NCBI GenBank assembly: GCA_040751795.1 | Contig: JBFMHR010000005.1 | Span: 74,282-138,281, forward strand | Source: Thermoplasmatota archaeon | GTDB taxonomy: Archaea; Thermoplasmatota; Thermoplasmata; UBA10834 | Reading direction: 5' to 3' | DNA: 64,000 bases | In this document: piece by piece, positions 9,574 to 18,666 of the stretch | Position numbering within the stretch: position 1 is the stretch's first letter | How the letters are laid out: every line of letters begins with the position of its first letter | The notes under the pieces: model-generated | The model's input: the letters and a program-made list of their open reading frames with translations, nothing else | Databases searched by the model: none | What the model was told of the DNA's origin: nothing | Translations under genes and position numbers: made by a program

Positions 9574-10032
9574 ATGGTCGCGATCAAGCGGACGGCCACG
9601 ATCGCCTCCCCCCAGGAGGACGCCTTCGAGTACGTGGCGGACTGGAGGAACTTCCCGAACTACGTGCCCATGTTCACCGACATGAGCGTGTCGAGCCTGG
9701 TCCAGTACGGGCCGGGGACATCCGTCGACCTGACCATGCTCTTCGGGGACAAGGTGGAGATGAGGGTCGCCCTGGACATAGTCGACTTCCTGAAGAACCA
9801 GAGGGTGGTGTTCAAGTCCAGCAGGGGGCTCAGGACGAGGATCGCCTGGACCTTCAAGGAGTCGGGCGACAAGACCCTGGTGACCCTGGACTTCGACTTC
9901 GAGATGCCCCCGACCATGAACCTCCGCGAGGCCGAGAAGCTGGCGCTCGCGCAGACGATGGAGGAGGCCTGGGGCAAGAGCCTCGACATGCTCAAGTGGA
10001 TACTCGAGTCGATGCCGAAGCGGGCGGAGTGA
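9574..10032 (+). CDS. SRPBCC (START/polyketide-cyclase-like) family protein
   Basis: About 150 aa from MVAIKRT, with typical SRPBCC beta-grip length and composition. A TATA-like CCCTATATACC lies about 28 nt upstream. Confidence 0.5.
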   Translation: MVAIKRTATIASPQEDAFEYVADWRNFPNYVPMFTDMSVSSLVQYGPGTSVDLTMLFGDKVEMRVALDIVDFLKNQRVVFKSSRGLRTRIAWTFKESGDKTLVTLDFDFEMPPTMNLREAEKLALAQTMEEAWGKSLDMLKWILESMPKRAE

Positions 10033-10212
10033 TCACTTCTCGGGCGGGAGCATGTTCGGTATGCCGTCCTCTATGGGGTAGTCGACGGCGCACTTCGGGC
10101 ACCTTATCGTCCCGGACAGGACCTCCCTGTCGTCCTCCTTCGCGACTTTGAGCTCGAGGGGGTGGTGCTTGCACACCGGGCACGCCAGTATGTCCATGAG
10201 CTTCTTCTTCAT
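10033..10212 (-). CDS. Trm112-like zinc-ribbon protein (DUF343), 59 aa
   Basis: Manual translation gives MKKKLMDILACPVCKHHPLELKVAKEDDREVLSGTIRCPKCAVDYPIEDGIPNMLPPEK. The CPxC...CPxC arrangement and IEDGIP.ML ending are hallmarks of Trm112. It is below the ORF-track length cutoff. Coordinates are approximate. Confidence 0.6.
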   Translation of the reverse strand: MKKKLMDILACPVCKHHPLELKVAKEDDREVLSGTIRCPKCAVDYPIEDGIPNMLPPEK

Positions 10213-10337
10213 GCCAAACGACCTAGGCAGGTATCGCCAGGGGGTGATAAGGCTTTGACGGATGTCCCCCGGTTCGCCGGCGCCTGATGGCCACGTTGCA
10301 GCGGAGGTGGGTCCGTCAACGGGTGGATGGGCAGGCC

Positions 10338-10622
10338 TCAGGACAGCCGTATCACAGGGTCCCTGAACACGAACTCGACGGCGATGAACGAGATGTCGGT
10401 GATCCCCGCCTTTCTCAGGTTCGCGAAGACCTCGTCGGACGTGTCCCCCTCGGCCAGGACCTTCCCCCTGTCGATCGCCACGTACTTGTCCGCGTGCCTG
10501 AGGCGCAGCGTGTCCATGTTCTCCAGGGCATAGAGCTTGTTCTTCGCCGACCGCACCATCCTGCGCATGTCGTCCTTTGAGATCGCGGCCGAAGCTGCCT
10601 CGCCGGCGGTCATTCCTGCCAT
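10338..10622 (-). CDS. Small hypothetical protein (about 95 aa)
   Basis: ORF with an internal ATG start (MAGMTAGEAASAAISKDDMRR...). The C-terminal half (KYVAIDRGKVLAEGDTSDEVFANLRKAG) resembles small archaeal DUF-type proteins. No function assigned. Confidence 0.3.
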   Translation of the reverse strand: MAGMTAGEAASAAISKDDMRRMVRSAKNKLYALENMDTLRLRHADKYVAIDRGKVLAEGDTSDEVFANLRKAGITDISFIAVEFVFRDPVIRLS

Positions 10623-10750
10623 CCTGGCCCCTCCATTCGGCCCGGGACTACTTGATCCCGCGTCACAGGTGTAGCAGTAGGAGGTGTAGCGGGTAGGGGG
10701 GCCCATCACCCCCCGAAGGGTTATTTAGCAGCAAGGGGGATTCCGCACCC

Positions 10751-11728
10751 ATGCGCGTGGGCGTGATAGGCGTGGGGTCGATGGGCCAGAACCACGCGAG
10801 GATATTGTCCGACATGGGCATCCTCGCCGGCGTCTCCGACATCTCCGCGGAGGCGGCGAAGAAGGTCGCGGGCAGGTACCATGTGGGCTCGTGGACCGAC
10901 CACCGGGACCTCCTCAAGCAGGACCTCGACGCCGTCGTCATAGTCACGCCGACGACCACTCACAAGAAGGTCGCCGCCGACGCCCTGAACTCCGGGAGGC
11001 ACGTGCTCCTCGAGAAGCCCATGACGGGCAGCTCGGCCGACCTATCGGAGCTGGTCTCGCTCGCATCCAAGAAACGCCTCGTCCTCGCCGGCGGCTTCGT
11101 CGAGAGGCACAACCCGGTCGTCGCGTTCGCCAAGAACGGCCTGATGAGCGGGGAGTACGGCGACCTCATAACCGCGGCCAGCAGGCGCGTCTCCTCCCTC
11201 CCTTCCAGGATCAAGGACGTCGGCGTCGTCATGGACCTCGGCATCCACGACATCGACGTGATACAGCACGTCGTCGGCCACGACGCCAAGTCCGTGTACG
11301 CGCTCGGCGGACGCGGCAAGGGCATGGCCTTCGAGGACCACGCCAACATCCTCATCGACTTCGAGAAGGGCGCCACGGGCTTCATCGAGGTGAACTGGCT
11401 CACGCCCATGAAGGTCCGGAAGATCGCCCTCACCTGCAGCAAGAACTTCGTGGAGCTGGACTACATGGAGCAGAGGGCCCAGGTCTGCTCGTCCACGTTC
11501 AAGCCCTTCGAGGCGGGGAACCTCTTCAACGTCCCGCTCGAGTTCGACCTCAGGCGCATCGCGCTGAGGAAGGAGGAGCCCCTCAGGAGGGAGCTCCTCG
11601 ACTTCGTCGCCGCGGTCGAGAAGGGCTCGAAGCCCCTGGTCCCGGGGGAGAGCGCCGTGAAGACGCTCAAGATCGCCGAGGCGGCGCTGAGGTCCGTGAA
11701 GTCCGGCGGCAAGGAGCCGGTCAAGTGA
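10751..11728 (+). CDS. Gfo/Idh/MocA-family NAD(P)-dependent oxidoreductase (WbpB-like sugar-nucleotide oxidoreductase candidate)
   Basis: An N-terminal Rossmann motif (MRVGVIGVGSMGQNHA) is followed by an EKP motif (LLEKPMT). A TATA-like GGTTATTTAGC lies about 30 nt upstream. Confidence 0.8.
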   Translation: MRVGVIGVGSMGQNHARILSDMGILAGVSDISAEAAKKVAGRYHVGSWTDHRDLLKQDLDAVVIVTPTTTHKKVAADALNSGRHVLLEKPMTGSSADLSELVSLASKKRLVLAGGFVERHNPVVAFAKNGLMSGEYGDLITAASRRVSSLPSRIKDVGVVMDLGIHDIDVIQHVVGHDAKSVYALGGRGKGMAFEDHANILIDFEKGATGFIEVNWLTPMKVRKIALTCSKNFVELDYMEQRAQVCSSTFKPFEAGNLFNVPLEFDLRRIALRKEEPLRRELLDFVAAVEKGSKPLVPGESAVKTLKIAEAALRSVKSGGKEPVK

Positions 11729-11747
11729 GCCTCGAGGAGGTGTCGCC

Positions 11748-12641
11748 TTGAAGGTGCTTGTCACGGGCTCTTCCGGGCAGCTGGGTTCGTACGTATGCGA
11801 GGCGATGGCCGGCGCGCACGAGGTCTCGGGCATGGACATCGTCCCCTCCGGGCACCCGTCCACGCGCGAGCTGACGGTCCGTGGGGACATAAGGTCGCCC
11901 GCGGACGCCGACAGGGCCGTGAAGGGGGCCGAGGCCGTGGTGCACTGCGCCGCCCAGGTCAGCGTCGAGCGGTCCACGGAGGACCCCCTGTCGGACGCGG
12001 AGACCAACGTGCTCGGCACGGTCAACATGCTCAGGGCCGCGTCACGCTCTGGCGTCCGCAGGTTCGTGTACGTCAGCAGCGCGGCGGTGTACGGCGACCC
12101 GGTCAGGGTCCCGATCGCGGAGGACCACCCGACGGAGCCCCTGAGCAACTACGGGGCCAGCAAGCTCTCGGGGGAGAGGTTCGCCCTCTCCTTCGGGCGC
12201 ACCGCGGGGATGGAGGTCGCCGTCGTGAGGCCCTTCAACTTCTACTCGCCCAGGGCGGACCCGAAGAGCCCCTACTCGGGCGTGATCACCAAGTTCGTCG
12301 CGAGGGTCAGGGACGGGAGGCCGCCCGTCATAGAGGGGGACGGCCTCCAGACCAGGGACTTCATACACGCGAGGGACGTGGCCGCGATGGTCGTCCTCCT
12401 GCTCGGAGCGGACGGGGTCCGGGGGAAGGTCTACAACTGCGGCTCCGGCGTCCCGACGAGCATACTGGACCTGGCGAGGGCGACGGTGTCCGCCTCCGGG
12501 CGGAGGTTGGAGCCGGAGTTCACCGCGCCGAGGAAGGGCGACATAAGGCACAGCCTCGCCGACATGGCGAGGGCGAGGGAGGAGCTCGGCTTCTCCGCGA
12601 AGGTGTCGCTCGCTGACGGCCTTGCGGAACTCGTCAGATGA
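11748..12641 (+). CDS. NAD-dependent nucleotide-sugar epimerase/dehydratase (SDR family)
   Basis: VLVTGSSGQLGS glycine motif and a YGASK catalytic YxxxK. TTG start with a GGAGGTG Shine-Dalgarno-like element 8 nt upstream. Immediately downstream of the oxidoreductase, operon-like. Confidence 0.8.
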   Translation: MKVLVTGSSGQLGSYVCEAMAGAHEVSGMDIVPSGHPSTRELTVRGDIRSPADADRAVKGAEAVVHCAAQVSVERSTEDPLSDAETNVLGTVNMLRAASRSGVRRFVYVSSAAVYGDPVRVPIAEDHPTEPLSNYGASKLSGERFALSFGRTAGMEVAVVRPFNFYSPRADPKSPYSGVITKFVARVRDGRPPVIEGDGLQTRDFIHARDVAAMVVLLLGADGVRGKVYNCGSGVPTSILDLARATVSASGRRLEPEFTAPRKGDIRHSLADMARAREELGFSAKVSLADGLAELVR

Positions 12642-13935
12642 GCCGCTTGCCCACGCCGGCGTACTGGACTCCCGCCTTGCGCATCTTGTCGGCGGAGAAG
12701 AGGTCCCGCCCGTCTACGACCATGGGCGTGCGCATCAGCGCCTTGAGCTTGTTCGCCGACAGGCGCGAGTACTGCCTGTGGGCGACCATGAATATGGCCA
12801 TGTCCGCGTCCTCGAGCGCGGCCGCGGCGTCCCTGGTGACGTCGACCCCGTCCAGCTGCGTCACGTAGGGGTCGTGGACCGTGAGCCTCGCGCTCCTCGC
12901 GAAGGCGTGTATCACCGGCAGCGAGGGGGAGTTGCGTATGTCGCCGCTCTCCTCGAGGAAGGACGCGCCCATCACCGCGACGTTGGCCTTCCTGCGCTCT
13001 ATGCCCGCCCTCTCCAGCATCGCGCAGGCGAGCTCCACCATGTGCAGGGGCATCGAGTCGTTGACGGCCCTGGCGGTCGGGATGAGCCTGGGCTTGGCCC
13101 CCTTCCCGCCGTGGACGAGCAGCCACGGGTCCTTCGGGAGGCAGTGCCCGCCCACGCCCGCCCCGGGTATGTGCATGTCCCTGAAGGGGCAGGTGTTCAC
13201 GAGCCTCCTGACCTCGAAGGCGTCCGCCCCCAGCTCCTCGCTGATGAGCGCCACCTCGTTGGCGAAGGCGATCTGCACGTCCCTGTAGGCGTTCTCGGCG
13301 GTCTTGACTATCTCCGCCGTGGTGAGGTCTGTCGGGTGCAGCCGCCCCTTCATGAACCTGGAGTAGATGGCCTTGGCGCGGGAGGCGCTCTGCCGGTCGT
13401 AGCCGCCCAGGACCCGGTCGTATGTCCTGAGGTTCTGCAGGAGCCTCCCCGGCATAACCCTCTCGGGGCAGAAGGCGACCTTGAAGTCCTTGCCCGCGGA
13501 CATCCTGGAGGCGCGCTCCAGGGCGGGCACGAAGGCGCTCAGCATCGTCCCCGGGGCCACGGTCGACTCCACGACCACCAGGGCGCCCTTGCGCATGTGC
13601 TCGCCTATGCCGGCCGCCGCTGCGAGCAGCCGGGAGTTGTTGGGCCGGTGCTCCTCGTCTATGGGGGTGTCGACGCACACGAACACCGCGTCCCTGTCCG
13701 AGCACGCGGAGAAGTCGGTCGAGGCCCTCAGCCTCCCCTTCCCGACCACGTCCCTGAGCAGGTCCGCGAGGCCGGGCTCGTCGCCCTTGAGCGGCAGGAC
13801 GCCCTCGTTGATCTTGAGGGCCCTCTCCGCCACCACGTCCACGCCGACGACGTCGCACCCGCTGTCCGCCAGGAGCACCGACAGCGGTATCCCGACGTAG
13901 CCTAGGCCGACGACCGCCACCTTGGACGAGGGCAT
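12634..13935 (-). CDS. UDP-sugar (UDP-GlcNAc/ManNAc-type) 6-dehydrogenase family protein
   Basis: 433 aa. VAVVGLGYVGIP NAD-binding motif, a catalytic Cys region (GGHCLPKDP), and a C-terminal UDP-binding domain. Confidence 0.85.
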   Translation of the reverse strand: MPSSKVAVVGLGYVGIPLSVLLADSGCDVVGVDVVAERALKINEGVLPLKGDEPGLADLLRDVVGKGRLRASTDFSACSDRDAVFVCVDTPIDEEHRPNNSRLLAAAAGIGEHMRKGALVVVESTVAPGTMLSAFVPALERASRMSAGKDFKVAFCPERVMPGRLLQNLRTYDRVLGGYDRQSASRAKAIYSRFMKGRLHPTDLTTAEIVKTAENAYRDVQIAFANEVALISEELGADAFEVRRLVNTCPFRDMHIPGAGVGGHCLPKDPWLLVHGGKGAKPRLIPTARAVNDSMPLHMVELACAMLERAGIERRKANVAVMGASFLEESGDIRNSPSLPVIHAFARSARLTVHDPYVTQLDGVDVTRDAAAALEDADMAIFMVAHRQYSRLSANKLKALMRTPMVVDGRDLFSADKMRKAGVQYAGVGKRLI

Positions 13936-14055
13936 AGCGTGCGCATACGGCGGCCGGTGTATAATCCTTTCCTCGGGGCGGGCGGCCAGCGCACGCCCTG
14001 GGAGCGGAGAAATGGAAAATCGGGTTTGGAAAGGGTTTGACGCTGTGCGTCCCCC

Positions 14056-16455
14056 TCACTGGGTCGGCGGCGCCGGCGGCTCGGCCGGCGGGGCCGGCTC
14101 GGACTTCGTCAGGCCCGGTCCCCTCGTCTTCAGGAAGGGCACGACGATGAGCAGGAGGATCATCACTATGATGAGCACGAGCATCACGAAGTCTATCGCG
14201 CTCATCCCTATGACCTCCTTGTCCCAGCCGCTCTGGTCCGCCATGACCACGAAGTCGACGCCGTCGCTCGAGAGCCACGTGTTCTCGACGCCGTCGTACA
14301 GGGTCACCCATATGCCGTAGTAGCCGTCAGGGGTGTCCTCGGGCACCGTCACCGTGAGGGTGCCGGACGTGTCGTTGGTCAGGACGTACATGTCGATGTA
14401 GTCGGCGTACGAGTAGTACCTGATCTTGTAGACCGACATGTGCGGCGCGCCGTTGGTCGTGATCTCGTAGCCGAACTCTATCTCCGCGCCGGGCTCGAAC
14501 GCCCTGGACACGTACCCGGAGTCGCTGACGAGCCAGACGGAGATGGTGTACTCCTCCTCGAGCCAGACGCTCGACTCGGCCTCGACGTTGTTGCCCAGGC
14601 CGTCCTTGAGGGTCAGGGTCACAGTGTACTCGGTCGACGGGTCGCTGCCCGGCACCGTGAAGCTGATCATGCCGGAGGTCGCGAAGTCCATCGAAGAGGA
14701 CGCGACCGGCTCGCCGCCGGCGTCCACGACCTCGTAGGAGAGCATGCCCGACGTCATCTCCGTCAGGATCTCGAACTCCCACTGGACCGTGTCGCCGCCG
14801 GAGTAGATCTCCGCTACCGGCGCTATGGCGATGTAGGCCTTCTGGACCCACGCGTCGTCCCAGGCGTCGAGGTAGTAGCCGTTCACTATGGTCACGGCCT
14901 CGATGTCGATCCAGCCGACGTAGTCGTCGGGGACCGCGAAGCTGGCCTCGCCGGAGCTCGTGTTGCCGACCGCGACGTTGCCCAGGGAGCTGTACACGAT
15001 GTAGAAGACCGAGTTGTTCTCGACCTCCTCCACGCCCCATACGGTCGTGAAGGTCACCGTGGCCGTCTCGCCGCTGTAGTACTGGTCCTTGTCCAGCTCA
15101 GCGTCGAGGTCGTACTCCAGGTCGATGTCGAACGTGGTCATCCTCACCACGGTGTAGCCGACCTTCGACATCGTCGCAGTGACGACGTAGGTCCCCGGGT
15201 CCGCGTCGGAGGCGAGCTGGAACTCGTGCTCCACGACGCCGTTGACGCCGGTCGTCAGGTCGGACGCGCCGTACGCGGCTATCGCGGCGCCGTCCTTCTC
15301 GACGACTATGTCCACGTCCGCCTCGGGCAGCGAGTACCAGTTGACCGTCGCCTGGGCGCTGACCACGACGACCTCGCCCGCGAGGTATGTGTCGTCCTCG
15401 GTCCAGACGTCGCCCATCATGTCACCGGTGTAGAACGTTATCCAGGTCTCCATGCTCCTGTCGGCGGTGTCGTTCGCCCAGAAGTAGACGTCGTAGTCCG
15501 AGGTCAGGTTGATCTCGGCCGGGATCGTGAAGATCTCGGTGCCGAAGTAGCCTGGGACCAGCTCGCCTGTGTCGACCTGCAGGACGTTGGTCTCGTTGTA
15601 CCACTCCGCGTTCCACTCGACTGTCACATCGGAGTAGAGCGAGAGGGTGGCCATGTCGACCACCATGTACTCGACCTCGACGTTCTCGCCGGGCAGGACG
15701 TAGTACCTGTCCGTGTCGAGCATCAGGGCGTACTTGGCGACCCAGAACAGCTCGTCGAACCAGAGGGCGTCGGAGGTCTCGGCCCTCACCTCGATGAGGT
15801 ACTCGCCGTCCTTGGCGTCCTCGGGTATGGTGAAGGTCTCGCTCCAGACGCCGTCCTCATCGACGGTCTGGTAGGTCCACGGCGGGACCATGTCGTCGTC
15901 CGTCTCGTTCAGGATCTGGACGTAGAAGGCGTCGGTGTCCCCGGTCGTGACCGTTATGGTCACGTCCTGGCCGGGGTAGTAGTACCAGTCGTTCGGCGGG
16001 TCGAGGCTGAGCCCGGTCTCCTTCAGCACGATCTGCTCCCTGTCGACCTCGGTCCACCACCAGTAGTCCTCGACATAGAGGACTATGTCGCAGACGGTCA
16101 TGTCCCCGCTTATGGGGACCCCGTTGGTGTTCAGGGAGTCTATGGGGATCGCGGCCGAGCTGTTGTAGTACCCATCAACCGGGTCGTCAGTGGTAGTGTA
16201 GATGCTGTCCCTGACGTTCCCGTTCTCATCCACGAGCTCCACCAGTATGTCCGCGTCCACGAGCACGTTCTCGTAGTACAGCGTGACGTTCACATAGACG
16301 TGGTCTCCTCTGAAGAACACGTCCATGGGCAGGCCCGCATCGTCTGTCGTCTGCACAGTGCCCGTGTAGTACACAGCACCCTTCGTCGGAAGGGCGGTGA
16401 ACACGACGGCAATCATGCACAGAGCCAGCGCTAAGCTCAAAATCTTGCCTTTCAT
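14056..16455 (-). CDS. Large acidic secreted/surface protein (S-layer-like glycoprotein candidate) with C-terminal TM anchor
   Basis: 799 aa. N-terminal signal peptide (MKGKILSLALALCMIAVVFTALP). Extremely D/E/T/Y/W-rich with at least 9 N-x-S/T sequons. A C-terminal hydrophobic helix is followed by KTRGPGLTKSEPAPPAEPPAPPTQ. A strong AT-rich promoter lies upstream. Confidence 0.7.
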   Translation of the reverse strand: MKGKILSLALALCMIAVVFTALPTKGAVYYTGTVQTTDDAGLPMDVFFRGDHVYVNVTLYYENVLVDADILVELVDENGNVRDSIYTTTDDPVDGYYNSSAAIPIDSLNTNGVPISGDMTVCDIVLYVEDYWWWTEVDREQIVLKETGLSLDPPNDWYYYPGQDVTITVTTGDTDAFYVQILNETDDDMVPPWTYQTVDEDGVWSETFTIPEDAKDGEYLIEVRAETSDALWFDELFWVAKYALMLDTDRYYVLPGENVEVEYMVVDMATLSLYSDVTVEWNAEWYNETNVLQVDTGELVPGYFGTEIFTIPAEINLTSDYDVYFWANDTADRSMETWITFYTGDMMGDVWTEDDTYLAGEVVVVSAQATVNWYSLPEADVDIVVEKDGAAIAAYGASDLTTGVNGVVEHEFQLASDADPGTYVVTATMSKVGYTVVRMTTFDIDLEYDLDAELDKDQYYSGETATVTFTTVWGVEEVENNSVFYIVYSSLGNVAVGNTSSGEASFAVPDDYVGWIDIEAVTIVNGYYLDAWDDAWVQKAYIAIAPVAEIYSGGDTVQWEFEILTEMTSGMLSYEVVDAGGEPVASSSMDFATSGMISFTVPGSDPSTEYTVTLTLKDGLGNNVEAESSVWLEEEYTISVWLVSDSGYVSRAFEPGAEIEFGYEITTNGAPHMSVYKIRYYSYADYIDMYVLTNDTSGTLTVTVPEDTPDGYYGIWVTLYDGVENTWLSSDGVDFVVMADQSGWDKEVIGMSAIDFVMLVLIIVMILLLIVVPFLKTRGPGLTKSEPAPPAEPPAPPTQ

Positions 16456-16469
16456 GGGCTATCCCATCC

Positions 16470-16540
16470 TCGGTCATTATTTGTTGGTCTATATATATAA
16501 GTTTGCCGTATTTTGTACTGACTATATATAGCGGCCCTCA
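16470..16540 (-). promoter_or_regulatory. Tandem TATA-like elements (TATATATATA, CTATATATAG) upstream of the surface-protein gene
   Basis: Two alternating-AT boxes lie about 38 and 72 nt upstream of the ATG at 16455, in a locally AT-rich intergenic region. This fits a highly expressed gene. Confidence 0.45.
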
Positions 16541-16615
16541 TCGCCGTATAGGGGGTAAGGCGATTGCTGTAGTCGCGGACGCGGGCCGCGCCACCCCCGC
16601 GCGCGCGCCCGGGGC

Positions 16616-17857
16616 TCAGCGCTCGCAGTGGTCGTGGTCGTCCCTGTGCCCCGCTGTCGAGCGCATCTCCTCGATGTTCCCCCTGCTGAACGGGGACATC
16701 GCCCTGAGCTTGGAGATCACCCCGGGCATGACCTCGAGGACGCGGTCCACCTCCGCCTCCGTGTTCCACCTGCCGAGGGTGAACTGCACCGCGCTCTGCG
16801 CCTCCTCGGTCGGTATGCCGCACGCTAGGAGAACGTGCGACGGGAGGAGGCTCTTGGAGGTGCACGGCGAGCTGGACGACACCGACACGCCCATCATGTC
16901 GAGGTTGAGGAGCATCGCCTCCCCCTCGACGAACTTGAACCGGAAGTTGGCGTTGTTGGGCAGGCGCCTCGTCGGGTGCCCGTTGAGGGCGGAGTCCTCG
17001 ACGCGCTCGAGCATCCCCTTGACCAAGCGGTCCCTGAGGGCCGCGATCCTGTCGGCCTCGGAGGCCATCTCGCTCCTCGCTATCTCCGCGGCCGCGCCGA
17101 ACCCGACGATGCCCGGTACGTTCTCGGAGCCGGACCTGAGCCCGCGCTCCTGCCCCCCGCCCTGCTCGACGGCCTCGATCCTCGTGCCGTCCCGGACGTA
17201 GAGGGCGCCGACGCCCTTCGGCCCGTACATGTCGTTGGAGGAGAGGGACATGAGGTCTATGCCGAGCGCCTGCACGTCGACGGGGACCTTGCCCGCCGCG
17301 GGTGCGGCGTCGACGTGGAAGTAGACGTCCTTCTCCTGGAGGAGCTTCCCCACCTCTGCTATCGGCTGCAGGGTGCCGATCTCGTTGTTCGCGAACATGA
17401 GCGACACGAGCACCGTGTCCTTCCGGACCGCCCTCTCCAGCTCGGCGACGTCCACGGACCCGTCCCCCGTCGGGGGGACGAAGGTGACCTCGAAGCCCTG
17501 CTTCTGCAGGTACTTCATGATGTTGAGGACGGAGATGTGCTCGATGGCGGAGGTGACTACGTGGTTCCCCTCCCCCTTCATGCGCATCGCGACCCCCTTG
17601 ATGCCGAGGTTGCTCGACTCGGTCGCCCCGGCGGTGAACACGACCTCCTCCCTGCGCTTCGCGTTGACGAGCCTCGCGACGCTCGTCCTCGCGTCCTCGA
17701 GGGCCCTCTTCGGCTCCCTGCCCGCGCCGTGCAGGGAGGCGGGGTTCCCGTACCTCTCGGTGAAGTAGGGCATCATCCTCTCGAGCACCCTCGGGTCCAC
17801 GGGCGCGGCGGCCGCGTGGTCCATGTAGATCCTCTTGGCTCCGGCAGCCTCGGTCAT
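16616..17857 (-). CDS. Cysteine desulfurase (IscS/NifS class V aminotransferase)
   Basis: PLP-Lys region (SLSSNDMYGPKGVG) and an active-site loop (SSSSPCTSKSL). Start chosen at MTEAAGAKRIYMDHAAAAP. The track ORF is 27 nt longer. Confidence 0.8.
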   Translation of the reverse strand: MTEAAGAKRIYMDHAAAAPVDPRVLERMMPYFTERYGNPASLHGAGREPKRALEDARTSVARLVNAKRREEVVFTAGATESSNLGIKGVAMRMKGEGNHVVTSAIEHISVLNIMKYLQKQGFEVTFVPPTGDGSVDVAELERAVRKDTVLVSLMFANNEIGTLQPIAEVGKLLQEKDVYFHVDAAPAAGKVPVDVQALGIDLMSLSSNDMYGPKGVGALYVRDGTRIEAVEQGGGQERGLRSGSENVPGIVGFGAAAEIARSEMASEADRIAALRDRLVKGMLERVEDSALNGHPTRRLPNNANFRFKFVEGEAMLLNLDMMGVSVSSSSPCTSKSLLPSHVLLACGIPTEEAQSAVQFTLGRWNTEAEVDRVLEVMPGVISKLRAMSPFSRGNIEEMRSTAGHRDDHDHCER

Positions 17858-17896
17858 GTCTCCTCCCTCCCTATTCCGCTTCACGGATGTAATGTC

Positions 17897-18271
17897 TCAG
17901 AAGGTCAAAACGGCATCGTACTCGAGCACGAGGTCGTTCAGGGTCGCGGCGCCCACGACCTTCACGGGCGGCTCGAACTCCTCGGGCGAGGCCTTGGTCC
18001 CCCAGAGCTGCGCGCTCTGGGCGCAGGCGAACATCTCGACGCCCGCGGCCGCGGCCTGGTCCATGACCTCCTTGAGGCTGGGGAAGTCGCCCATCCTGAC
18101 CTTCGCGGGCTCGCCCCTCCTCACGCCGAGGATCCCCTTCGCGAGGAAGTAGACCGCGGCGTCGACGCCCATGGCCTTCGCCGTGGACGCCAGTATGAAC
18201 GGGGAGTAGAGCCTCTCGGGCGTGTCCGGTCCTGATGTCTGCACATAGAGTATCTTCTTCGCCAATTCCAT
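17897..18271 (-). CDS. DsrE/DsrF/TusD-like sulfur-relay family protein
   Basis: 124 aa with DsrE-fold size and pattern (ILYVQTSGPD..., FACAQSAQL). It lies between the IscS and TusA genes. Confidence 0.6.
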   Translation of the reverse strand: MELAKKILYVQTSGPDTPERLYSPFILASTAKAMGVDAAVYFLAKGILGVRRGEPAKVRMGDFPSLKEVMDQAAAAGVEMFACAQSAQLWGTKASPEEFEPPVKVVGAATLNDLVLEYDAVLTF

Positions 18272-18293
18272 CTCCTCCCTGAATGGTGCGGGC

Positions 18294-18548
18294 TCAGGTC
18301 GTCCGTCTGATCAGAAACCGGAACCCGCCGTCCCTCCTCTCGACGGAGAGGAGCTCGTGGCCCGCGTGCTTGGCCCAGCTCCTTATGTCGGAGTCGGAGG
18401 CTGGGTCGTCTGCCAGGACTTCCAGGACCTGTCCAACCTGGACCATCGAGATTTCCTCTCTGGTCCTGAACACCGGTTCCGGACAGTAGAGACCGATGCA
18501 GTCGAGGGTCTTGGTGGGTCGGGGGAATCCTTCGCCTCTATCAGGCAT
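18294..18548 (-). CDS. TusA-like sulfurtransferase
   Basis: 84 aa carrying the diagnostic LDCIGLYCPEP (CPxP) motif. Confidence 0.75.
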   Translation of the reverse strand: MPDRGEGFPRPTKTLDCIGLYCPEPVFRTREEISMVQVGQVLEVLADDPASDSDIRSWAKHAGHELLSVERRDGGFRFLIRRTT

Positions 18549-18666
18549 GACTTCTCCTGGCCGATCTGACAGACGACCTTACTACTAATAACAGCGTTAC
18601 TAATAATCCTTTCCGTTGATATCAGTTACGCCTTGCCGTCGCGGGGGCATATCACAGCGTATAGCG

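Noticed and set aside
12431-16434. Long ORFs 12431..14311 (-) and 14440..16434 (+) overlapping the UDP-sugar dehydrogenase and surface-protein genes
   Set aside because: Arg/Gly/His/Pro-dominated, low-complexity translations. They lie opposite genes with clear domain signatures. Typical GC-rich shadow ORFs.
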